Shown here piece after piece: positions 37,701 through 47,472 of a DNA stretch of 47,472 nt. Each line of letters starts with the position of its first letter. Within the stretch, counting starts at the first letter, position 1. The stretch is from Choristocarpus tenellus KU-1152 (lineage: Eukaryota; Protista; Phaeophyceae): the NCBI GenBank assembly GCA_964200185.2, contig CAXNAD020000016.1, positions 1 through 47,472 of the forward strand, read 5' to 3'. The notes under the pieces are model-generated. The model was not told the DNA's origin and searched no databases. It worked only from the letters and a program-made list of their open reading frames with translations. The position numbers were made by a program, and so were the translations under genes.

Positions 37701-40700
37701 AACATGAAGTAAACAAGTGTACTTGTTTGTATTCAAATATTTCACTTGACTAGAGAGAGGATATTAGGGTTAGATATTGAGATCAATTTTTTCGTTCCTT
37801 TTTGTGAGGGGCGGGATGACTTTGTGAAATGTGTTACACTTGTTTGACACTAACCTGGGAATCTTAGTTTGTAAGGGGTGTTGTCTCTACTATGCCATGC
37901 AACTGAGCTACCCATCACCTCCTGAAACAAGCGTTACACTTGTTGTGGAGCGATTTGAGTATTATCATACCATCCTCCTTCCCACTTCCCCTCTACAGTA
38001 GTGGACAGTCATTTCAAAGTAAGGACCACATAGTTCCTCAGCTAAAATAAAATCGCACTGGCAAGTATAGATCTCACGTAACCCTTACACCCTGCACTTG
38101 GTGTTTTGATGCCTTTTTGTGTCTTTTATGTGGCATAATCCAACTTAGATGAATGGCAGTGATGACATGCTGATGCTGAGGCACGAGCTAGCCAGGGCAA
38201 GGGATGAACTGACTGAAAACATTGAGTACATGAGGTGATCTTGGATGTGCTCTATAACGGCCTCCGGTATTAATTCACCCTGCGAGGTCGAAGAGTCTCC
38301 TCCTGTTGCATGGTCATTCATGGTCATGCATGGTCACTATGAAAATGTGAAGTAGTCTGCAGAAGGAGTACTATATCCTCACACACAAGTCTTCTTGAGG
38401 TTCTCTTGAGTGGCAGAATATGTGCTATGGCACTCCTTGTGACATTATTGTGTGAACACTCTGACTAGGATGGAGCAGGGCTGACTATGACAAAAAAATA
38501 TATTTTATTTGAACATCTACCTGTTCACAATCGGTGTTTGTGTGACCAGAAAGCCCTTGCATTTGGATTGTCAAATTCTGTCTTTGTTGCCCTTACCTCA
38601 CCCCTCACCCCAATAAACATCCTCAGTTGAATCCATCCTCCCTTGCTGTGACTGTGCTTTATCAGGAATGAGCAGATAATAACCAAAGTTATCCGCCAGT
38701 GGGGTCGGTTCTACCTTGCCATGAGTAACCGAAGCCTCAAGAAGCGCATGAAAGCAATTAACAAGAGCAAGGTAACGATATCCTCCCCCTGTGTGCAATT
38801 TTTTGCATCAGTGTTTTGTGTCAAGAATTGTTTGGAGCGTTGGCTGTGCTGTTGGCTGGTTTTTTGGTGTACGTGAAGAAGAGGTTGGCTGATATCATAG
38901 TGGTGTTGCGGGTGTGTCACTAATATCGTGTCTCACTAATATCATAGGGGTTCTAACACAATTGAATTTCAATTGAGTCACGGGATGTAGAACACACGTT
39001 TATTTTTATTTATCTTGATTTATCCCAAGAGATAAAATCTTTGATGCAAAAGTTCAGGTCTGTTGTTGCGTTTGAGCCTCATCAACTTGTGTCCCTTGTA
39101 TGTAGTTGAAGGGCTGTAAATTGACTTTTTTGTCCTCTAGAGATTCAGTTAAGCAAGTGCCTACCTGATACATTGTAGATTAGTGGCATACCTTGACCTG
39201 CATGCTGCACTGGAGGTGCCTATAACGGAAAGGAAAGTCCCATAGGAGTGTGTTCCCAGAGGAAGCCAGTCAGTGTGGCTTGAGAAGCCAGTCAGTGTGG
39301 CTTGAGAAATTCTGCTTCGTTTGTGGCTCTCTTTTATGCAGGTGGAGTTGTCTTGGGTTTTAGGGATTGATTGCTTGGTATGATTGCATGAACTGACATG
39401 AGCTCAAACAAAATCATGAGCTAACCTGGTGTGGGGTCTCGAAGGTTCTCATTTTTTTTTTTTAATGCTAGATTGTTGTGTCAGAGTTACCCCATTAACG
39501 AGATCCACATGCCTTGAGTTGCTGTTTCTGACACAAACATTGAACCGCCTCCAGGGAAATATAGCGGTCATGTCTGATTTTGACCCCCACCTTGGTATCA
39601 ATCCTGATCATGTGTTAACCTTTCCCCGTATTTTTTTTACCCAATCACACTTCCACGCTGTTGACTTCCTTCTAATGCTCCAATGCTCTTTGAAAACCAC
39701 AGGCTGCTGCTGGGATAATGATTGCTTCGCCACGGCACCCTCACCCAACTGGTAGCCTTCTGGGAAGTGAATCAGTTAGTGTTGACACACATACGCCTGC
39801 TTCATCAATTGGCACACACACCCCTTCTAGAGACTTGGCACGGGGGGAGGCTTTCCTTGAAGAGGACTTGACAAGGTCACGCTACTTAGCTATACGTGAA
39901 CCCTCTCACAATTCCCCACTTCAGCAGATGAGGGATGCCTGGGATGAAGTGACCAAGTTGGTTGAAGGAGCATCGGTGAGTTGAGGAGTGCAGTCGTAGT
40001 AGGGTCGATGATGGGGGCGAAAAAGGGCACGTTTTTATGGATTTTCATCTTTGCGAGCCTTACATTTTGTGCTTGAAGAGGGTGGTTGATGTCATTCCCT
40101 CCCTTCATAAAATTACCTCACCTTTTTTTTACCACTGGTGGCAATACCCCCCCCCCTTACCTCCCATCCTCACTCCCATATCTACCCTATTTCCCCCACA
40201 GTCCTTTCTCAAGACCTGAGGAGGAGTATGAGGCCATGATAGTCAAGTAGTCAAATGTTGTGCTCAACTAATGATACTCTTTACCCTTTGTGTTGCACAG
40301 TCCATTGATATTTCAGAGGAGGGCCCTGATCCAGAGACCACCACTACCAATGGTGGAATCGGCAGCGAGTCAAAGGTTGCCCCTCAGTCAAGGCAGAACC
40401 GTGCAATGGCCTCGATGTCTTTAGCTCAAAGGCGTGAACTTCGCCAGAGGAAGAGAGATGCTGCTGCCAAGGCAACAAATGGTGGTATTCAACCCCTCTA
40501 CCCAACACCCTCCAATGACTCAGGGCCACGAGCGTTATCAGATGCCGCCTCTCAGCCTCCTCCGGTTGGCCCTCCACCCCCAGTTTCCAGGACAAGCACA
40601 CCCCCTTCCCATGCGAGTGGGGCGTTCCCCACACCAGCCAACTCGGTGTCCACTACCATTGATGCTGATGGGGAAGGGGTATCATCACCAGCATTGCCTA

Positions 40701-41050
40701 CAGAGGCAACTCCTCTGTCACCAGGCGAAGTTTCCCCCTCAGGTACTGGACACTCCGCAGCTGCACCTTCAATGGCACCCCCTCCACCGCCTATGATGGG
40801 CCCACCGACCACTGGTGCTCTTCAGCGTAGGGCTAGCACTGGTGCCACAAATGGATTGGCTGGGGGGAGAGCCCCCAGTGAGCTTTATCCACGACCATCA
40901 TTCAACCCTGATGAGGCAGTGATGAGAGTGGCTGCCAAGGCAGAACAGAAGGGCGATTTCTGGAAAGCAAGATTTTTGGATCTTGTTGTATGGGTTGCAG
41001 CATATGTGGTTCTGACTTTTGCATCAGATCATAGTTTTGACCCTTGCTGA
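22747..41050 (+). CDS. Large coiled-coil protein with Pro-rich region and C-terminal transmembrane tail anchor (golgin/tether-like architecture), 23 exons, ~1506 aa
   Basis: Phase-consistent exons: 22747-22863, 23087-23134, 23945-24034, 24813-24956, 26001-26092, 26732-26858, 27309-27471, 28137-29227, 30583-30741, 30996-31049, 31524-31586, 32570-32632, 33246-33308, 33617-33649, 33993-34055, 35190-35252, 35598-35660, 36083-36844, 37477-37524, 38149-38234, 38666-38771, 39703-39975, 40301-41050 (4521 nt). Sequence is E/K/Q/R/L-rich and helical throughout. The last exon has poly-Pro tracts and a hydrophobic segment FLDLVVWVAAYVVLTFA close to the stop. The first two exons are tentative. Confidence 0.85.
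28976..29167 (+). repeat. 96-nt (32-aa) tandem duplication inside coiled-coil exon 8
   Basis: EESRRVLEEELTVAKNTLVGVKGKVEAAEAAK / EESRRALEEELMVAKNALVGVKGKVEAAEASK. Confidence 0.9.
34877..34997. other. Poly-G tracts around a 10-N assembly gap
   Basis: (G)n-atttcaagtc appears on both sides of the N run at 34906-34915. Confidence 0.8.
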
Positions 41051-43249
41051 TCAATAGTAAGTGGTGTTTGGGAGAAGTAAAACCCAATGTCACAGGGAGT
41101 TTGGTTCGATAAGGAGCTGAGTGTTAACTCTGGTTGTTGTGGTCCCTTATTGTAGGTGCCTTGTGTGTTGTTGCTCATGGTCTTGTTAGTGTGTTGTGTT
41201 AGGGTTAGGGTGGTTGAAATGGATCATGATGAAGTGGAACTTGTGTTGTGTATCCCATGTAACGGTTTTGTGTGCTAATTGTACTTCAATTTGTATGGTT
41301 TGAGTGACTCACAGAGTGAAGAAGTTGAGAAATTCTGGTGTAGTGAGACACTTGTGGGTGGAATATTTGTGGGTGGATATGTACAGCATACTCTCACAAG
41401 GATGCACTTGTTCTTGGTGTGTGCATTGATATCACAACAGTTACAGAGAGTAGATGATTTCCTGGTTCCTGTGATTGGTGCTGAGTTCTAGTAAAATGTG
41501 ATTCCAATTTGTCGTGTCAGCGGGTGGGTGTGGTGCCTGCCTGTCGACGGGGAAAAGACATAAATTTTACAGTGTGCACCTCAGTCTATCTATGATAAGG
41601 AAGAGTTTGTCATGCAGCTTGAGTGTGCCCATTGTTAGGAGAAGTTATTTCCGTGAGGAGTTTGATAGGATAGCATTAATATGGACTTTTGAATCATTGA
41701 CAAAGTAAGTTTCGATGGGAAAGTACTCTTTGATCCACATTTTTTGTTATGTGGGAAGATAATCAAGATTATATGTGCAGTAGAGGTTTGTGATTACTTT
41801 CTGGCAGGTGACATAGGTAGCTTGCCTACGAATTTCTCAAAGATATTGGAGGCAACTGCGTTAGGAAGGAAAAACACATCAATAATCCTGAGGGTACCAC
41901 AGGCAAATGTTCAAGTTCTAAACATTAATCCCACAACAGCAGTATATCTTTGGTATCACCAGATTTTGAAGGATTTTCAAATTTTTGGGTGTTATTTAAC
42001 TTGGCATGGACATTGTACACTGCCACAGGGTGGAGAACATATTGTTACAGAAAATAAAGTATATATATTATATTCGGCACATGCTCCTGAGTTTTAAGAA
42101 GCAAGGTTAATGCGTTCTTGGATCTATATCATTTTGTTTATCAGATTCTATACCAAATTGTATACCGTGCTGCCGAATCAGGAGGTTTTTGTTTCACTAA
42201 ATGTTCCATGACACAATGATCTCTTGCGTATAATGGCATACAGTTGAAACAAGATGTTGCTGTTATATCTAGTTTTACATCGTTTTTTCACTCAGGTTCT
42301 CTTAGCCATCTCCCTTCATGTCCAGGACTTGCTCAGCCCGCCTCCATAGGCTAGTCAGTTATTATCAAGATCATTGTTAAGTGGCAAACGAAGAGCAACA
42401 AAACTAGAGTGATATCGGGAGAATTGGGTCAGATTGTATGGCCCAGTCGAGTTGTGCCTCTACCTAGCCTTGTAGAGGAGGTGGGGAGGCTGGCCCTGAT
42501 TAGGCAGTCTTGACAATGGGAGGAGATGAGAGCCCTTCCCTGAACCTCACCTTTGTAAACACAGAAGTATATCCACTGAAGTACACAACACAGCACTGTG
42601 TTGTGTGCTGCGACGTGTACCTCCATACCAGACAACTCTCATGTGTATACAATACGCGACCATTGCCATGACCTGCTATTACAAGCAAGAGGAAAGCGCA
42701 CACATTACTACCACAACAAAACAGATAATTCCAGAATAGAACACTTCAGTTATCATTCATTCTTACAATTAGCACAGTCAACTAGTAGTAGTAGTACAAA
42801 GTATATCTCACTAAAGTACTGTAAGGAAGAGCAAAATATGTTAGCCTTGGATTTGGCATAGACAGACCAACACAGACCTGTGTGGGTTGTGTAGGTCAGT
42901 GCATGTACTCCTTCAATACAACGAATTGCAGCCACTGCCACCAGCTGTTGTTGTGAGCAACTAATTATAATTAATCTGTATGGTCCTTCATCGGTAAAAG
43001 TACATTTCACGAACTGTCCCGACCATGGTATCATAGTTAACTTGTTCAACCTTTGATCATATAAACCAAACAAACCCAACCAAATAATGTTGTGTCAGTC
43101 TGTTGTCCACAAAGCAAATAAATAATTTGGACACCCTGTCAGTTCAATATCTCCTCGTGGGACGTTGTGACAATTCCAGGCCTATGATGAAAAATAGAAA
43201 TTTCTTGGAAGGAGGACATGAGTCGTTTTGGAGAATGGATGAGAGACAC

Positions 43250-43690
43250 CACCACCCCCATCATCATCATCATAGTAATAATAATAACAATAATCATCGT
43301 AACACCAATCACAATGATAACGATAATAATCATGATCCTGATACTCATCATAAATATAATCATAATCATAAAATCATGATAATAATTGCCATAATCTTGA
43401 TCAAAATCACAATCATAATTATCGTCACAATAACAATAATAGTAAATGATCAAAATGATGTATCATAATCATCATCGCAATTGTCATCATAATCACAACC
43501 ATAATGATACAAATAGTAAATATAAATGATCAAAATGTTCGCAATCATGAGAATGATAGTAGTTATTGTAATCAAAATGATCATGATCCAATCCATAATC
43601 ATAATCATTATCATTATCATCATCACACAAAAATGATACCAATCAATAATGATAGTGATAATGACGAGTTAATGCTAGTAATGATAATGG
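43250..43690 (+). repeat. Degenerate (ATC/AAT)n low-complexity trinucleotide tract
   Basis: catcatcat, aataataat and gataat units; similar tracts recur at ~44350-44440, 44750-44850 and 45055-45245. Confidence 0.85.
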
Positions 43691-43845
43691 GAAAAGTTCC
43701 ACTATGATGGACAGGTCTCATTGCGACCTGTTCTCAGTCCAATTCACATCCGGGCACACACATAAGTGTATTGCGCGCGCATATTTCTTTGTCATTTTTG
43801 ACGTTCCCATCAACATCAAACACAGATAAGTCGCAACAATTCTCA

Positions 43846-44345
43846 GACCGCTTGCCGCTGACGGTCACAAGGATGTGACGTCACCCATCTGATCCAAGAT
43901 TCCTTTCAAACTTCTCCTAAGATTTCATGCTTGAGAGAGGTTTGGGTTTGAATAGCCGATTTCAAAAATTGAGGATGGAGCTTTTCGTTGAGGATGGGCT
44001 TGACCCAAAATTGACTGGGATAAAGTGTCGATATGTATTTTGTTTTAAATGATCAAAAACACCCCTCCATGACACAACCAGTGATTCTGAATACCCCCCA
44101 CGACTGATTGGGCCCTTCCTCACAACAATGGTACTCCCGCCAAGGCCCGAACCCGGAACCTCGGCTTTATGAGATCAGATCGCTTGCCATTGACGGTCGC
44201 AAGGATGTGACGTCACCCATCGGATCCAATATTCCATTCAAACTTGTAAGATTTCATGGTTGAGAGAGGTTTGGGTTTGTTAAAAACACCCCAAATAGTG
44301 ATTCTGAACACACACCCCACCACTAATTGCACCTTCCCTCACCAC
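43846..44345 (-). repeat. Two diverged tandem units of a tRNA-containing repeat (SINE-like or tRNA-pseudogene array)
   Basis: 43846-43950 aligns to 44177-44279, and 44055-44126 aligns to 44282-44345. The first unit carries an extra ~100-bp insert containing the 46-bp repeat. Confidence 0.75.
44132..44206 (-). pseudogene. tRNA-Met(CAT)-like sequence (pseudogene or SINE head)
   Basis: Minus strand atccttgcgaccgtcaatggcaagcgatctgatctCATaaagccgaggttccgGGTTCGggccttggcgggagta has an A-box-like TGGCAAG, anticodon loop CTCATAA and B box GGTTCGNNCC at tRNA spacing, but poorly paired stems. Confidence 0.6.
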
Positions 44346-44493
44346 ACTAGTAACGACAATAATAATCAAAATGGCAACAAAAATAATGAAAACGATGATG
44401 TTAGTAATAATAATAAAAAATAATATATTAATTATATATTACTTCTTATGTTTAGGATATTTTTTTTCTTTAGGGCTAATAACGACATGTATA

Positions 44494-44744
44494 TATATTT
44501 TATTATTATGCCCTCTGACATTTTGCAGATGTGTCAGGGGGAAACCAATGAAAACTATATACATATGAGTATATAAAATGTCCTAAACATAAGAATACTA
44601 TAAGACATTGTGTGGAAACCACTAATCACCACTATCAAATATTGTACTACTGTCGTCCTTATCTTCCCATCTATATATATAGTTTTCATTGGTTTCCCCC
44701 CTGACACATCTGCAAAATGTCAGAGGGCATAATAATAAAATATA
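44494..44744. mobile_element. Two LINE 3'-end fragments in inverted, tail-outward arrangement
   Basis: About 67-bp near-perfect inverted repeat (~44494-44560 and ~44677-44744). The arm ttttcattggtttccccctgacacatctgcaaaatgtcagagggcataataataaaa matches the LINE 3' end at ~8075-8135. Confidence 0.75.
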
Positions 44745-44845
44745 TTAATCATTTCAAACTAAATTATCAAAATAAGAATACCAGAATCAGAATCATAATG
44801 ATGATAAAATCATAATAATAATTATGATCATTACAACTAAATAAT

Positions 44846-45050
44846 TTATATTATTATGCCCTCTGACATTTTCCAGATGTGTCAGAGGAAAAAATAATGA
44901 AAAGTATTCGTCTCTGAAAAATTCCTAAAGTAACACTTGTCGCAACAGTGAAAAATGTTGATCTATTTCCTATTTTACTAATATATTGTACTATTGCCTT
45001 CCTGTGTCTCAAACCTATTCCTGCACCCCAGCGTAAGGAATTATCGGGAT
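44846..45050 (-). mobile_element. 5'-truncated 3' end of the CRE-like LINE family
   Basis: Reverse complement aligns along ~7940-8135 (gctggggtgcagg..tagtaaaatag.aaataga..gttacttt..ttttcatt..aaaatgtcagag); 9-bp stem cctctgaca/tgtcagagg at 44860-44888. Confidence 0.75.
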
Positions 45051-45519
45051 CAGAATCATAACGATCATATAATCATAATAACCACAATGTTGATACTAAG
45101 AATTATATCACCATCATCATAATGATAATCATGATCATAATAATGACAGTGAAGAATATAAAAATAAAATAAATAATAAAAATAGAATAATAATGTTTGG
45201 AAATTAATTTATGTAAAAATTACAATAGTACTAATAAAAGTAATACTAGTGCATTCCAGTGGCCTTCCTGGATCTTTGTTTCTAGTTAAAGAGAACAAAA
45301 TGAACTCCTACAGATGAAGGCCCCTTTTCCCCATGTTTCATATAAAGGATGCATGTACATACTGAGAGCATTGACAGTCAGAGCAAGTAATAGCCAGTAG
45401 TATATTATATAGCTATGATATAGGAGTAGTCTACCTCTTCACGCATGATGGATGTTTCTTACTTTTGTATGAGGACCGTCGACACAACAGGCCACACTGC
45501 AGACGTCCAACTTGTACTT

Positions 45520-47165
45520 GTCCTCTATCTATTATTGTTGTTGTAGAGCTCTATGAGTAAAAAGATGAAGATGTTATCTAAGAGTTCTGTGCAACACAAA
45601 GTGAATTCACGGGGGATAGTCTTGTTGTGGGGATATATGGAGGATATTGCCACACCTTTCCTAGAGCTAGAGAATGCGCCAAGCAACACACTGTTAGGTT
45701 GATGGTAGCGTATGCCAACATGATATTTTTGTAAGGAGTCTGTGATTTTCCTATTATTTATTTGGCAAGTCTTATTAAAGACAAAGATTCTGTGGCCGAG
45801 GAGGAACTAAATCGATCATTCATGATCAAACCAAGGACAGAAACCTGGCTAGGATTTGCCAATGTAGGACGGGTTCCACGTAGTTCACCTGCACATAATG
45901 TGGTAGATGGTGACGCATTTCTTCCATGGTCTTTGACAAAGCTATATTGAAATATCAAGTTGTGAGTTTTCCTTGTTGATAGCTTGTCTTCTATGAAACC
46001 AACGTGACCAACACTTCAACTAGTGTTTCTAACGATTTTGCTCTCCAATCGAGTAGATAAACATTGCATCTACTCGATCTTTCCTGATGCTCTCCAATCA
46101 AGGACACCTTGTGACATATTTTTCCCAGTCAACTCTATCAGTGTAGTTCTCGACTTCCTTTGTGGAACACTTGCCATTTCTTGTCACATGCCCTGACCTT
46201 CCACCCTGGAAGTGCAGTATTGTGGAGCACACCTGACTACTCTGGTGTTTTCTTGAGAGTGCAACACAACAGTACTTTGACACTTGAAGTCACCATGCCA
46301 CACTACAGATTGTAGTAGGAGAGTGGTAAAAACCTGTCCATGTACAATTCCTCTGGTCTCAATAAAGCACTGAGATATGTTCGATGAGGAAAAAAAATGT
46401 GTGGGTTCAGTTGCTGTATTATTGTTTTCCCTTTAATAGCAACTAGATCGGGGGCCTTGCCTTTAAGGAGAATGTAATCATGAGTGGAGGTAGAGAGGAC
46501 TTCATCTGCAGCCAACAATACAACTACACTTGATATCCTGCCAGCAACAGTATACCAACAATCCAACAATTACACACATCTACAGTAGCTACTGTTGTAA
46601 AACAGTGCTAGGTGAGGATGCGCACACTTTCATATACCTTTTCAAATGATGTGTTAGAAAGATGGACTTACCCCTCCACCAGCTAGACTCAAAATATATT
46701 TTTTAAGTGTACACTCCAGTATTCCACTTCAGGTATATGCTAGGACAGCAAACTGTTGTTCTGATGCTTGCTCTCACTCAAAAAACCTTGGATGGCAGGT
46801 GGGATACATCAAAAGAAGGACATCTTTGTAGGCTACACCCATCAATGAAGTGTAAATCTTTCAGACAGATGCCCCGCAAAAGCGTATTTACTTGATATTT
46901 TCATATCTCCTGCCAGAACCATAAAAAGATGTCTCTCCTACATTATACATTTGAAGGCAAGTCTTCTAAATTACGAGATGGCGTTACTCACCAGGGTATT
47001 CCATTTTTCACTTTATCTACAGCTACTTGCTTAGTCTGGTACTCCAAGTAATTTTCTCATAATTTCTCCTCTACTTAAAAATATATTATTCCTCCATTAA
47101 GCATGCCATTTACATCTCCTAGCCATCATCAATAAATTCTAATGCAATAGGTGATTTTCTGACCA
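45520..47165 (-). pseudogene. Decayed compact multi-exon gene with short introns, product unknown
   Basis: GT-AG introns at 46991-46938 (54 nt), 46786-46740 (47), 45844-45790 (55) and 45655-45587 (69) keep frame: ENYLEYQTKQVAVDKVKNGIPW|RDIFLWFWQEI*KYQVNTLLRGICLKDLHF..LPSK|HIPEVEYW and MEEMRHHLPHYVQVNYVEPVLHWQILAR|IFVFNKTCQ..SSRK|ELLDNIF. In-frame TGA/TAG stops are present. Confidence 0.5.
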
Positions 47166-47240
47166 GTGACTGCAGTGTGGAAAACACACTAGAGAGTTAA
47201 CTCTATTAACTTGTGTCACCTCCCTAGTACAATATGTCCT

Positions 47241-47472
47241 GAGTAAAAGTATCTTAGAGGGTACGTAGCCTGTTTGTCCATTTGGGGCTTGGCTTCCCAT
47301 GGGGTTTTTTTATGACATTTTCCTACTCCAAAATGTTTAGGAGTAGGTAAAATGTATACACTATGAAAGGTGTGTCCGAAACATAGATATTGATACTTCC
47401 TAACAAATACGATAGCCAAATTACAACAAAATCGCAACATTGGATTTTGACCCCCAAATGGACGCGGCTCTA
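47241..47472 (-). mobile_element. Inverted copy of the Sola2-like MITE, cut by the window end
   Basis: Starts GAGTAAAAGTATCTTAGAGGGTA and aligns in reverse with 2165-2412. Confidence 0.85.

Noticed and set aside
43103-43707. His/Asn/Ile-rich ORFs (43103-43468, 43139-43453, 43504-43707)
   Set aside because: Products of the ATC/AAT low-complexity tract, open on both strands.
1-43999. Giant TIR transposon bounded by the 46-bp inverted repeats and carrying hemH
   Set aside because: The right copy is an insert inside another repeat and no TSD can be seen. The enclosed genes are ordinary host genes, and dispersed copies in opposite orientation explain the pattern.
46680-46910. In-frame TGA codons as selenocysteine or recoding
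   Set aside because: TAG stops also occur, there is no redox motif context, and C-to-T decay is a simpler explanation.

Overview
Eukaryotic genomic DNA, most likely a photosynthetic stramenopile (brown alga or a close sister lineage). This is inferred from the bipartite plastid-targeting peptide, long GT-AG introns and TTAGGG motifs. The core holds two intact, divergently transcribed multi-exon genes whose predicted ATGs are about 180 bp apart. On the minus strand is a 13-exon plastid-type ferrochelatase (hemH, 22563->9864, 486 aa by my exon assembly) ending in a degenerate CAB/HLIP-like helix. On the plus strand is a 23-exon, about 1500-aa tail-anchored coiled-coil protein (22747->41050) partly built from a run of 63-nt phase-0 exons. 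Both flanks are element graveyards: a Sola2-like MITE family (3 copies), a CRE-like REL-endonuclease LINE 3' part and a cluster of its 3' ends, an inverted pair of decayed paralogous ORFs with an ankyrin fragment, a tandem tRNA-Met-like repeat, and two decayed compact genes with uniform ~50-nt introns. The most unusual small-scale signal is short telomeric (CCCTAA)n insertions flanked by direct duplications. All gene models were assembled by hand from splice signals and reading-frame phase; no searches were run.
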